Positions 25,938 to 35,205 of a DNA stretch of 64,000 nt are shown here, piece by piece (within the stretch, counting starts at the first letter, position 1; each line of letters starts with the position of its first letter). A program made the position numbers and the translations under genes. Below the pieces are notes generated by a model, which had not been told where the DNA came from, did no database searches, and was given only the letters and a program-made list of their open reading frames with translations. Source of the DNA: Deferrisomatales bacterium (GTDB lineage Bacteria; Desulfobacterota; Deferrisomatia; Deferrisomatales; JACRMM01). The stretch lies in the NCBI GenBank assembly GCA_033551855.1, contig JAWSUI010000005.1, positions 31,026-95,025 on the forward strand, written 5' to 3'.

Positions 25938-27911
25938 CTAGAACGCAGCCATGAGCGCGTAGTAGGCGACCACCACCACGGCCCCGAAGAGGATCGTCAG
26001 CGCGTAGCCCTGCACCCGGCCCGTCTGGAGCTGCCGTAGCCCGCCGCCCACCGTGCGCACCAGGTACCCGGTGCCGTTGACGATCCCGTCGATCACGACC
26101 ACGTCCCAGAACGCCCACAGGAAGGTCGCCAGGGACAGGCAGGTGTCCACGAACACCGCCTGGTAGATCTCGTCCACGTAGTACTTGTTGTTCAGAAGCT
26201 CGTACGCGCCGCGGCACTTCTCGGCGATCGCCTTCGGCAGGTCGGGCTTCAGGAGGTAGAGGAAGTAGGCGCCCAGGATGCCCAGGAGCGCGTACGCCAC
26301 GCTCAGGAACATGAGCACGTACTCGACGGGATCGTGGTGGGCGGCCCCGTGCTCCCCCGCCGCGCCGGCCATTTCCGCCGCCGCGTGGACGCCGGCCTGG
26401 GACCCGACGTCGAGGACGGGCGCGAGCCAGTGGTGGAAGTGGTTTGCTCCCCCCAGGGCCGCGGGGATTCCGATCCAACCGCCCACCACCGAGAGCAGGG
26501 CCAGGATCCACAGAGGCCCGGTCATGCTCACGGGCGACTCGTGAACGTGGACCTCGTGATGGTCGAAGCGCTCCTTGCCGAAGAAGGTCATGAACACGAG
26601 GCGGAACATGTAGAACGCCGTGATGCCGGCCGCTATGAACCCCAGGAACCACTGAAACTGGAATCCGTTGGACCACGCCATCCACAGGATCTCGTCCTTC
26701 GAGAAGAACCCGGCCAGGGGCGGAAGCCCCGCGATGGCGATGGTGGCCACGAGGAAGGTGAGATAGGTGTGGGGCATGTGGGCCTTCAGGCCCCCCATCT
26801 TGCGCATGTCCTGCTCGCCGCCCATCCCGTGGATCACCGACCCGGACCCGAGGAACAGGCAGGCCTTGAAGAAGGCGTGGGTCATGAGGTGGAAGATGCC
26901 CGCCACGTACGCCCCCACCCCCATGGCCGTGAACATGTAGCCGAGCTGGCTCACGGTGGAGTAGGCGAGCACCTTCTTGATGTCGTTCTGGGTCAGGGCG
27001 ATGGTCCCGGCGAAGAGGGCCGTGAGGGCCCCGATGGTCGCCACCACCGCCATGGTGGTCGGGGCCAGGGAGTAGAGCACCGCCGCCCGGCCGATCATGT
27101 AGACGCCCGCGGTGACCATGGTGGCCGCGTGGATCAGGGCCGATACGGGGGTCGGGCCCGCCATCGCGTCGGGGAGCCAGACGTAGAGGGGAATCTGGGC
27201 GCTCTTGCCCGTGGCTCCGACGAAGAGCAGGAGGGTGATCGCGGTCACCGCGGCCCCTCCGACCGCAAGGGTCGCCGGCGCCTGGGCCATGACGGTGCGG
27301 AAGTCCAGGGTGCCGAAGTACACGAAGATCAGGAACATGCCCAGCAGGAAGCCGAAGTCGCCGATCCGGTTGACGATGAAGGCCTTCATGCCGGCCGCCG
27401 CCTTGGCGCGGTCCTCGAACCAGAATCCTATGAGGAGGTAGGAGCACAGCCCCACCCCTTCCCAACCCACGAACATCACCAGGAAGTTGCTCCCCAGCAC
27501 CAGGGTGAGCATCGCGAAGCTGAAGAGGTTGAGGTACGCAAAGTAGCGGGAGTAGCCCGGGTCGTGGTGCATGTACCCCACCGAGTACACGTGGATCAGG
27601 AACCCCACGCCCGTGACCACCAGGATCATCACGGCGCTCAGGGGATCCAGCAGGTACGCGAGATCGACCTTCAGCGAGCCGGCGGCGATCCACTCGAACA
27701 GCGTCTGGGTCAGGACCCGCTCGGTCTCCGGGAGGGCCCGCAGGGTGAAGAACCCCCACACCGAGACCAGGAACGAGAGAAACACGCTCCCGCACGCGAT
27801 CCAGTGGACGAGGCTCTTGGGCAGCCGCTTCCCGATGAGGCCGTTGATCAGGGCCCCCACCATCGGGAAGAGCGGGATGAGCCAGATGTACTCCCAGGTG
27901 TGTTCGTGCAT
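25938..27911 (-). CDS. nuoL: NADH-quinone oxidoreductase subunit L
   Basis: 657 aa; ...PLYVWLPDAMAGPTPVSALIHAATMVTAG..., with lateral-helix C-terminus. Confidence 0.95.
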   Translation of the reverse strand: MHEHTWEYIWLIPLFPMVGALINGLIGKRLPKSLVHWIACGSVFLSFLVSVWGFFTLRALPETERVLTQTLFEWIAAGSLKVDLAYLLDPLSAVMILVVTGVGFLIHVYSVGYMHHDPGYSRYFAYLNLFSFAMLTLVLGSNFLVMFVGWEGVGLCSYLLIGFWFEDRAKAAAGMKAFIVNRIGDFGFLLGMFLIFVYFGTLDFRTVMAQAPATLAVGGAAVTAITLLLFVGATGKSAQIPLYVWLPDAMAGPTPVSALIHAATMVTAGVYMIGRAAVLYSLAPTTMAVVATIGALTALFAGTIALTQNDIKKVLAYSTVSQLGYMFTAMGVGAYVAGIFHLMTHAFFKACLFLGSGSVIHGMGGEQDMRKMGGLKAHMPHTYLTFLVATIAIAGLPPLAGFFSKDEILWMAWSNGFQFQWFLGFIAAGITAFYMFRLVFMTFFGKERFDHHEVHVHESPVSMTGPLWILALLSVVGGWIGIPAALGGANHFHHWLAPVLDVGSQAGVHAAAEMAGAAGEHGAAHHDPVEYVLMFLSVAYALLGILGAYFLYLLKPDLPKAIAEKCRGAYELLNNKYYVDEIYQAVFVDTCLSLATFLWAFWDVVVIDGIVNGTGYLVRTVGGGLRQLQTGRVQGYALTILFGAVVVVAYYALMAAF

Positions 27912-27933
27912 CGCAGCGTCCTCTTTCGGGCGC

Positions 27934-28236
27934 TCAGCCCTTGAGCAGATCGAGCTCGTCCGCGTACACCGTGTGCCGGATCCGGTACAGCGACACGATG
28001 ATAGCCAACCCCACCGCGGCCTCGGCCGCCGCCACCGTCATGACGAAGAGCACGTAGATGAGCCCCTCGGCGCTGTTGAGGTGGTCGGCGATGGCCACGA
28101 AGGCCAGGTTTACGCCGTTGAGCATGAGCTCGATGCACATGAGAAGGACGATGACGTTGCGCCGGAGCAGGACGCCCACGGCCCCCAGGGTAAAGAGCAC
28201 TGCCGAGAGGGTCATCGAGTACTCGAGGGGAATCAT
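27934..28236 (-). CDS. nuoK: NADH-quinone oxidoreductase subunit K
   Basis: 100 aa, 3 TM, MCIELMLNGVNL motif. Confidence 0.93.
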   Translation of the reverse strand: MIPLEYSMTLSAVLFTLGAVGVLLRRNVIVLLMCIELMLNGVNLAFVAIADHLNSAEGLIYVLFVMTVAAAEAAVGLAIIVSLYRIRHTVYADELDLLKG

Positions 28237-28287
28237 CTCATCCTCCGTTGCCCGTCGGGCCTGAACACAACGTCCGCCCCGCGGGGA

Positions 28288-28794
28288 TCACAGGCGCTTC
28301 TTCGCGAGGACAACCGCGCCGACGAGCCCCACCAGGAGCAGGATGCCGGCGGCCTCGAAGGGCAGCAGGTACGTGGTGAAGAGCTCGTCGGCGATGAGCT
28401 CCACGCTGCCCACCTGCTCCCGGGCCTCGAGGGTCATCCCCCCGGTCACCCCCGTGAGCCGGGAGGCCAGGGGCACCACGAGGAGCACGAAGAGCAGGCC
28501 CGCCCAGACCAAGCCCACCAGCTTCGCCCCCGAGGGCCGCTTCCCGGCGCCTTCCTCCTTCCGGATGTCCAGGAGCATGATCACGAACACGATGAGCATC
28601 ATCACGGCCCCGGCGTACACCATGAGCTGGATGGCGAAGATGAACTCGGCGTGGTGGAGCAGGTAGATCACCGCCAGGCTCACCATGGTCCCCACCAGGG
28701 ACATGGCCGAGTGGATGGGGTTGCGGCAGGTCAGCACCCCCAGCGCGCCCAGCACCGCCAGACCCGCGAAGACGAAAAAGAGCGCTACGGCCAT
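28288..28794 (-). CDS. nuoJ: NADH-quinone oxidoreductase subunit J
   Basis: Last 168 aa of ORF 28288..29064 from MAVALFFVFAGLAVLGALGVLTCRNPIHSAMSLV. Confidence 0.9.
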   Translation of the reverse strand: MAVALFFVFAGLAVLGALGVLTCRNPIHSAMSLVGTMVSLAVIYLLHHAEFIFAIQLMVYAGAVMMLIVFVIMLLDIRKEEGAGKRPSGAKLVGLVWAGLLFVLLVVPLASRLTGVTGGMTLEAREQVGSVELIADELFTTYLLPFEAAGILLLVGLVGAVVLAKKRL

Positions 28795-28817
28795 AGAGAA
28801 CCTCCTCCCCTTTCGCC

Positions 28818-29219
28818 TCAGTTCCGGGCCAGCACGTCCCGGGTCATGTGGAACTCCTCCCGGGTGTACCCGCAGAACTCGTATTCGCGCGTGAGCTCGA
28901 TGGCGTCCTTGGGGCACGCCTCCGCGCAGTACCCGCAGAAGATGCAGCGCGACACCTCCACCACGAACCGCTCCGGAAACCGGCGGCCGTCGGGGGTCTC
29001 CTTCGCCTCCACGGTGATCACGTCGGCCGGGCACACCGCCTCGCACAGGCCGCAGGCCACGCACTTGAGGCGTCCGTTCTCGCTCTTGAGCCGGTGCAGC
29101 CCTCGCCAGCGCTCTGCGGGCTCCCGCTTCTCCTCGGGATACTGGATGGTGACGGGCTTGGTGAAGAACCGCCCCAGGGTGAACGCCAGTCCCTTGAGGA
29201 GGGGGGTGATGACCGCCAT
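28818..29219 (-). CDS. nuoI: NADH-quinone oxidoreductase subunit I (2x[4Fe-4S])
   Basis: 133 aa; CVACGLCEAVCP and CIFCGYCAEACP. Confidence 0.95.
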   Translation of the reverse strand: MAVITPLLKGLAFTLGRFFTKPVTIQYPEEKREPAERWRGLHRLKSENGRLKCVACGLCEAVCPADVITVEAKETPDGRRFPERFVVEVSRCIFCGYCAEACPKDAIELTREYEFCGYTREEFHMTRDVLARN

Positions 29220-29253
29220 CTCGTCTCTCCTGTGCCGGCCCGCGCCGCGCCGG

Positions 29254-30261
29254 TTACGCGAACACCGTGTAGTACACGCCCACCACCACCACGTTGGCGA
29301 TGGACACCGGGATCAGCACCTTCCACCCGAAGTTCATCACCTGGTCGTACCGGAATCGGGGGAAGGTGCCCCTCTCCCAGATGAAGAAGAAGACCAGCAC
29401 GAACACCTTGAGGAGGAACCACACGACCTTCGGGACGAAGGGCACCTCGATGCCGAAGGGCAGGTGCCACCCGCCCAGGAAGAGGCAGGTGATCAGTGCG
29501 GCCAGCGAGATCGCGTGGGCATACTCGGCCATGAAGAACATGGCGAACTTCATGCTCGAGTACTCGATGTTGAAGCCGCAGGCGAGCTCGCTCTCGGCTT
29601 CCGGCATGTCGAAGGGCGTGCGGTTGATCTCGGCCAGCCCGCAGATCAGGTACAGGACGAAGGGAACCCAGAGGATGGGGTTGAAGATGTTCCACATGTG
29701 GCTCTGGCCGTCCACGATCTGCACCAGGGAGAGGCTGCCGCTGACCATGATGACGCTGATCAGCGTGAATCCCAGGGCGAGCTCGTAACTGACCATCTGG
29801 GCCGCCGCCCGCAGGGAGCCCATCAGGCCGTACCGGTTGTTCGAGCCCCACCCCCCCAGGACGACGCCGAACTCGCCGAGGCTCGCCAACCCGAGAATGA
29901 AGATCAGCGCCACGTTGATGTCCGCCACCCTCATCGTGATTTCCCGCCCGAAGAGGGTGATCGACTCCCCGAAGGGGATCACCGAGACGATCAGGATGGC
30001 CGGGATGATGGAGAGGGCCGGCGCCAGGATGTACGCCACCCGGTCCGCGTTCGCCGGGACGATGTCCTCCTTGAAGAACCCCTTGATGCCGTCGGCGATG
30101 GGCTGGAGCAGGCCGAAGGGGCCCACGCGGTTGGGCCCGCGGCGCACCTGGATGCGGCCCAGCACCCGGCGCTCCAGCCAGGTGGTGTAGGCCACCATCA
30201 GCATGAGAACGCCGAAGACCACCACCACCTTGATCACGCTCTCGATCAGGAAGGCAACCAT
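29254..30261 (-). CDS. nuoH: NADH-quinone oxidoreductase subunit H
   Basis: 335 aa; ...TWLERRVLGRIQVRRGPNRVGPFGLLQPIADG... Confidence 0.95.
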   Translation of the reverse strand: MVAFLIESVIKVVVVFGVLMLMVAYTTWLERRVLGRIQVRRGPNRVGPFGLLQPIADGIKGFFKEDIVPANADRVAYILAPALSIIPAILIVSVIPFGESITLFGREITMRVADINVALIFILGLASLGEFGVVLGGWGSNNRYGLMGSLRAAAQMVSYELALGFTLISVIMVSGSLSLVQIVDGQSHMWNIFNPILWVPFVLYLICGLAEINRTPFDMPEAESELACGFNIEYSSMKFAMFFMAEYAHAISLAALITCLFLGGWHLPFGIEVPFVPKVVWFLLKVFVLVFFFIWERGTFPRFRYDQVMNFGWKVLIPVSIANVVVVGVYYTVFA

Positions 30262-30283
30262 GGGCTCCTCGCTTTGCTCGGCC

Positions 30284-30311
30284 GCGACGCGTGACGGGTG
30301 ACGCGTGACGC
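30284..30311. repeat. Tandem heptads GCGACGC GTGACGG GTGACGC GTGACGC in the spacer between the FdhA-like gene and nuoH
   Basis: Read directly; the mRNA (minus) sense is GCGUCAC repeats. Confidence 0.65.
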
Positions 30312-30389
30312 GCTACCCCCTAGCCGCTGCCCGTCGCGCGTTGCTGTCGGCCGACGGCGTTTGGCCGTTGACCCTTCACTCTTCAACGT

Positions 30390-33062
30390 TCACACCTTCT
30401 CCACCCGCACCGCGCAGACCTTGTACTCGGGGATCTTGGCCGTGGGGCAGACCACCGGGTTGGTCAGCACGTTCACCGGGGACTCGCTGTAGTGGAAGCT
30501 CAGGAACACGGTGCCGGGCGCGGTGCGGTCCACCACCTGTACCTTGGTCCGGATCTCGCCCCGGCGGGAGGACACCTGGACGGTGTCGCCGGTCCGGAGT
30601 CCCAGCTTCTCCGCGTCGGCCGGGTGCACCTCCATGAAGCCCTCGGGAAAGCAGTCGTTGATGCGCCCGCACCGCCGGGTCATGGTGCCCGAGTGGTAGT
30701 GGGCGTGCTCCCGGCCGGTGGTGAGCAGGAGCGGGTACTCGGCGTCCGCCTTCTCGTCCGCCCCGCGGAACGCGACCGGCGTGAAGAGCCCCTGGCCCCG
30801 GGTGAACTTGCCCACGTGGAGGATCGGCGTGCCCGGGTGATCCTTGCTCGGGCAGGGCCACTGGAGCCCCTCGCGCTCGAGCCGGGCGTAGTCCATGCCG
30901 GCGTAGCTGGGCGTCAGGCGGGCGATCTCGTCGAAGACCTCCGAGGGCCCTTCGTAGCTCATCTTGAGGCCCATGCGGCCGGCCAGGTCCTGAAAGATCT
31001 CCCAGTCCGGCCGGGACTCGCCCCGGGGCGCCACGGCCGCCCGCACCCGCTGGACTCTGCGCTCGGTGTTGGCGAAGGTGCCGTCCTTCTCGGCGAAGGA
31101 GCTGGCCGGGAGCACCACGTGGGCCTTGGCGGCGGTCTCGGTGAGGAAGATGTCCTGGACCACCAGGAGCTCGAGCTTCTCGAGCGCCTCTCCGACGTGG
31201 CTCAAGTCCGGGTCGGTGATCATGGGGTTCTCGCCCATGACGTAGAGGGCCTTGACCGTACCGTCCAGCGCGCCGTGGGTGGCCTCGGTCACGGTGAGCC
31301 CGGGCTTGCGGGGGACCTTGCGGCCCCAGGCCTCTTCGAACTTGGCCGCGGCCGCGTCGTCGTCCACCCGCTGGTACCCGGTGAGGACGTTGGGGAGGCC
31401 CCCCATGTCGCAGGCGCCCTGCACGTTGTTCTGGCCCCGCAAGGGGTTCAGCCCCCCGCCCTCCACGCCGACGTTGCCGCACAGCATCGCGAGGTTGGCC
31501 AGGGCCTTGACGGCATCGGTGCCCTGGGAGTGCTGGGTGACGCCCATGCAGTAGAGGATCGATGCCGGCTTCGCGGCGGCGTAGAGGCGCGCGGCCTCCC
31601 GGAGGGACTCCGCGGGCACCCCGATGATCAGCTCCACCTTCTCCGGCGTGAAGTCGGCCAAGGACGCGGCGAGTTCCTCGAAGCCCTCGCACCGCTCGGC
31701 CACGTAGGCCGCGTCGTGGAGCCCCTCCGCGAGGATCACGTGCATCATCGCGTTGAGGACGGGGATGTTGTGGCCGGGTTCGATCTGCAGGAAGACGTTC
31801 GCGTAGTCCGTGAGCGGGATCCGGCGGGGATCGACCACGACCAGCTTGGCCCCCTTCCGGGTGATGGCTCGTTTGAGCACATCGCCGATGATCGGATGGT
31901 TCTCGGTGGTGTTGGAGCCGATGACCAGGAACGCCGCGGCCTTCTCGAAGTCGGCGATGGAGTTGGTCATCGCGCCGGAGCCGAAGCTGGTGGCCAGACC
32001 GGCCACGGTGGCGCTGTGTCAGAGTCGTGCGCAGTGATCGACGTTGTTGGTGCCGATCACCGCGCGGAAGAACTTCTGGAAGAGGTAGTTGTCCTCGTTC
32101 GTGCACCGGGCGCTCGCGAACCCTGCGACCGCGTCGGGGCCGCTCTCGTCCTTGATCTGCTGGAGCTTCGACGCGACAAAACCGAGGGCCTCGTCCCAGG
32201 TGGCCTCCGCGAGCTGGCCGTTCTTCCGCACCAGGGGCACGGTGAGCCGGTCGGGGTGGTTGACGAACTCCCAGCCGAACCGGCCCTTCACGCACAGGCT
32301 CCCCCGGTTCGGGACCGCGTCGAAGTCGGTGGTGGTGACCCGCAGGACCTGGTCGTTCTTCGCGTTGAGCTCGAGCTGACACCCGACGCCGCAGTACCCG
32401 CACGTGGTGCGGACGCGGCTGGCCTGCCAGGTGCGTGCCTTGCGGGGCATCACCGAGTCGGTCAGCGCCCCCACCGGGCAGACCGAGAGGCACTCGCCGC
32501 AGGAGATGCACTCCACCCCCGGCACCGGGCCGATGTAGGAGTGGAACCCGTTGTCGACGATCTGGATGCACCCGATGCCCTTGATCTCCTTGCAGGCGTG
32601 GACGCACCGGGCGCACAGCACGCATCGGTCGGGCCACTGCTGGATGAATGGGGAGACGTACCGGGGCACGGGGCGCTCGAAGGTCTCGGCCGCAAAGTCC
32701 TGCTTCGTGACGCCGAATTCCCAGGTCAGGTCCTGGAGGTCGCACTCGCCCCCCTTGTCGCAGACCGGGCAGTCCAGGGGGTGGCGCACGAGGAGGAGCT
32801 TGAGGACGTCGCGCCGCATCTCCCGGAGCTCCTCCGACTCGGTGCGCACGACGAGGCCCTCTCCGGCCGGGGTGTCGCAGGCGGTGATGGGCTTCCGATA
32901 CCCCTCCACCTCCACCACGCACATGCGGCAGGACCCGATGGGGGCGAGCTTCTTGAGCCAGCACAGGGTCGGGATCCGAATCCCCACCGACTGGGCGGCC
33001 TCGAGAATCGTCGTCCCCTTGGGGACGCTCACCGCTTTGCCGTCGATCGTCAGGCTGATCAT
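30390..33062 (-). CDS. Selenocysteine-containing FdhA/NuoG-like molybdopterin oxidoreductase subunit (ORF-track pieces 32019..33098 and 30390..32006 joined across an in-frame TGA)
   Basis: Both pieces are in the same frame, separated only by TGA at 32019-32021: ...[30 protein letters not shown]... N-terminus has 2Fe-2S plus HPLDCPVCDKGGECDLQD (NuoG/FdsA-like). Then CVLCARCVHAC, CISCGECLSVCP, TTCGYCGVGCQL (MopB 4Fe-4S) and a C-terminal molybdopterin dinucleotide-binding domain. Start at MISLTIDGK (GAGGGG 8 nt upstream) or 12 codons earlier at 33098. Confidence 0.9.
31990..32021 (-). promoter_or_regulatory. UGA(Sec) codon plus bacterial SECIS hairpin
   Basis: mRNA reads UGA CAC AGC GCC ACC GUGGCC-GGUCU-GGCCAC. 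A 6-bp stem carries apical loop GGUCU at nt 22-26 from the U of UGA, the same loop sequence and spacing as E. coli fdhF. Confidence 0.8.
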
Positions 33063-33165
33063 GCAGAACCCCTCGCGGAGATGCAGGCTGTCGGCCATGG
33101 ACTGTTTGCCCTCAGCCCTTCCCGTGTCACGTATGACCCAACGCTTGGCATACTCGCTGTGAACT

Positions 33166-33204
33166 TCCTATAGGACCTATAGGTCCCATAGGTCCTATAG
33201 GACC
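33166..33204. repeat. AT-richer 9-nt periodic palindrome TCCTATAGGACCTAT-aggtccc-ATAGGTCCTATAGGA
   Basis: 15-bp perfect stem with four TATAGG(A/T)CC-type units, in the 131-nt spacer between the two input-module genes. Confidence 0.75.
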
Positions 33205-33229
33205 CCCAAGGGGAAAGCTCCGTCATCCC

Positions 33230-35188
33230 TCACGCCCCCGTCGCCACTGCCAGCAGCCGGTAACACCGCAGGCACCGGCTGGCGTCGGCGATGGCCTCCT
33301 CGTGGGTGAACCCGATCTCGGCCTCCCGGAAGTCCGTCACCCGCTCCTCGACCGGCGCGTGGTGGATGTGGGCGGGCTCGGTGGTCGGGGGCACCCCCAC
33401 GTCTTCCTTGGGGTCGTAGGGCTTGAGCTTCTCCACGTACTGGTTCATGACCCACTCCTCCAGGGCCTCGGTGCGCCCCTCCCGGAGGAACCGGTCGATC
33501 TGGAAGGCCGCTTCCTTGCCCCCGGCCAGTCCGGCAATCAGGGTGAGGGGGCCGGAGACGCAGTCGCCGGCGGAAAAGACCCCCACTCCGTTGTGGACCG
33601 CGGCGAGTTTGTTGAGCCCCTCGACCTGGATCTGCTTCCACTTGTCCGCCTTCACCGGCCCGTCCGCGAACAGGAAGGAGAGGTCGATGGCCTGGCCGAT
33701 GGCGGGGATGACCGCATCCACCGGGATCACGAGCTCGCTCCCCTTGACCTCTACGGGCCGCCGCCGTCCCGAGGCGTCGGGCTCCCCGAGTTCCATCCGG
33801 ACGAGCTCCACCCCCGTGACCTTCCCCTTCTCGTCCAGCACCAGCCGGGTGGGGTTGTGCAGCACCAGGAACTCCACGTTCTCGGCCTTGGCGTCGGCGA
33901 TCTCCACCTTGTCGGCGGGCATCTCCGCCTCGCTGCGCCGGTACACCAGCTTCACGTTCTCGTAACCCAGGCGCAGGGCCGTGCGCACGCAGTCGATGGC
34001 CACGTTGCCGCCGCCCACCACGGCCACCGTCTTTCCCACGAACACCGGTGTCCCCAGGGCGACGTCCCGGAGGAAGTCGGCGCCCCGCATGAAGCCTTCC
34101 TTCGCTTCCCCCTCGCCGGGCACGCCCATGCCGGTGCCGAGGCGAGCCCCCACCCCCAGGAACACCGCCCGGTACTCCCCGCCCAGCAGGTCCGCAAAAG
34201 GCACGTCCGTGCCCACATCGGTGCCGTAGCGCATCGTCACCCCCATCTCCCCGATCAGGTCCGCCTCTCGGCGGAGGATCGCGCGGGGGAGGCGGTAGTC
34301 CGGGATGCCCACGGCCGCCATGCCGCCGGGCTCCGGGAGGGCCTCGAACACCGTGCAGTCGTACCCCATCTGGGCCAGGTAGAAGGCGCAGGAGAGCCCC
34401 GCGGGCCCGGCGCCCACCACCGCCACCTTCTCCTTGTCGATGACCGGCTTGGGCAGCCGGGGGGGCCGCTTGCGCTCCAGCTCGTAATCCGCCACGAAGC
34501 GCTTGAGGAACTTGATCTGGACCGGCCCATCCACGTTCTGACGGCGGCAGTTGAACTCGCAAGGCCGGACGCAGACCCTCCCCACCGTGCCCGGCAGGCA
34601 GTTGTCCTGGCGGATCACGTCCAGACTCTCCAGGAACTTCCCGTTCTTGACGTGCTCCACGTAGGTGGGGATGTCGAGGTGGGCCGGGCAGGCGCTCTTA
34701 CACGGCGCCGTCACCTTGAGTCGGTAGGTGCCCCGGGGGATCTCCGACTCCCCCCCCGCCGCCGCATCGAGCTCGGCGCGGAAGTGGGTGACGAGGTCCA
34801 GGAACGCCTTCCCGCAGGACTGCCCCAGATCGCACAGCGCCTGCTCGCGGAGGCGGCCCGCCAGCCGCGCCACGGTCTCCACGTCGCCGGCCTGCCCCCG
34901 GCCCAGGCAGATGCGGTCGAGGCAGTCGTGGATGACCTTGCTCCCCACCCGGCAGGGGACGCACTGGCCGCAGGAGTTTCTCACCAGCCCCTCGGCGTAG
35001 GCCCGGCCCAGATCGACGGGGTTCACCCCGTCGTCCCACAGGGCGATCCCGTCCCATCCCATGATTCCGAGGACCGGGGTGCCGGAGGACAAGGACTTGG
35101 GCAGGGCTACGTCGTCGGGGCCCTGGGCCGTGGCCTGCCGGCTGTCGAGGAGCTTGCCGCCCCAGCTCGAAAAGATCCGATCGGACAT
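33230..35188 (-). CDS. NuoF-C-terminal Fe-S domain fused to a GltD-like NAD(P)H flavoprotein (SfrB-like)
   Basis: Last 652 aa of ORF 33230..36076 from MSDRIFSSWGG (GAGGAGAG upstream). NSCGQCVPCRVG...ALCDLGQSCG matches the NuoF N3-cluster region, but no FMN/NADH domain is present. CKSACPAHLDIP / CVRPCEFNC Fe-S motifs follow. Two dinucleotide folds: VAVVGAGPAGLSCAFYLA and VAVVGGGNVAIDCVR. Confidence 0.88.
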   Translation of the reverse strand: MSDRIFSSWGGKLLDSRQATAQGPDDVALPKSLSSGTPVLGIMGWDGIALWDDGVNPVDLGRAYAEGLVRNSCGQCVPCRVGSKVIHDCLDRICLGRGQAGDVETVARLAGRLREQALCDLGQSCGKAFLDLVTHFRAELDAAAGGESEIPRGTYRLKVTAPCKSACPAHLDIPTYVEHVKNGKFLESLDVIRQDNCLPGTVGRVCVRPCEFNCRRQNVDGPVQIKFLKRFVADYELERKRPPRLPKPVIDKEKVAVVGAGPAGLSCAFYLAQMGYDCTVFEALPEPGGMAAVGIPDYRLPRAILRREADLIGEMGVTMRYGTDVGTDVPFADLLGGEYRAVFLGVGARLGTGMGVPGEGEAKEGFMRGADFLRDVALGTPVFVGKTVAVVGGGNVAIDCVRTALRLGYENVKLVYRRSEAEMPADKVEIADAKAENVEFLVLHNPTRLVLDEKGKVTGVELVRMELGEPDASGRRRPVEVKGSELVIPVDAVIPAIGQAIDLSFLFADGPVKADKWKQIQVEGLNKLAAVHNGVGVFSAGDCVSGPLTLIAGLAGGKEAAFQIDRFLREGRTEALEEWVMNQYVEKLKPYDPKEDVGVPPTTEPAHIHHAPVEERVTDFREAEIGFTHEEAIADASRCLRCYRLLAVATGA

Positions 35189-35205
35189 GGACGTCTCTCC
35201 TCGCT

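Noticed and set aside
20730-30294. Plus-strand ORFs 20730..22745, 23411..25564, 26334..27944 and 27571..30294, plus alternative minus frames across the nuo genes (e.g. 25933..27795, 29018..29851)
   Set aside because: They are antisense or out of frame to lepA and nuoH-N, whose products show full-length family motifs. The alternative products are low in complexity.
30390-33098. Reading the two adjacent ORFs (359 aa and 538 aa) as separate genes or as a nonsense-disrupted pseudogene
   Set aside because: They share a frame and are separated by a single TGA at the canonical FDH active-site position. The next residue is His and an fdhF-like SECIS hairpin follows, so selenocysteine read-through is the better explanation.
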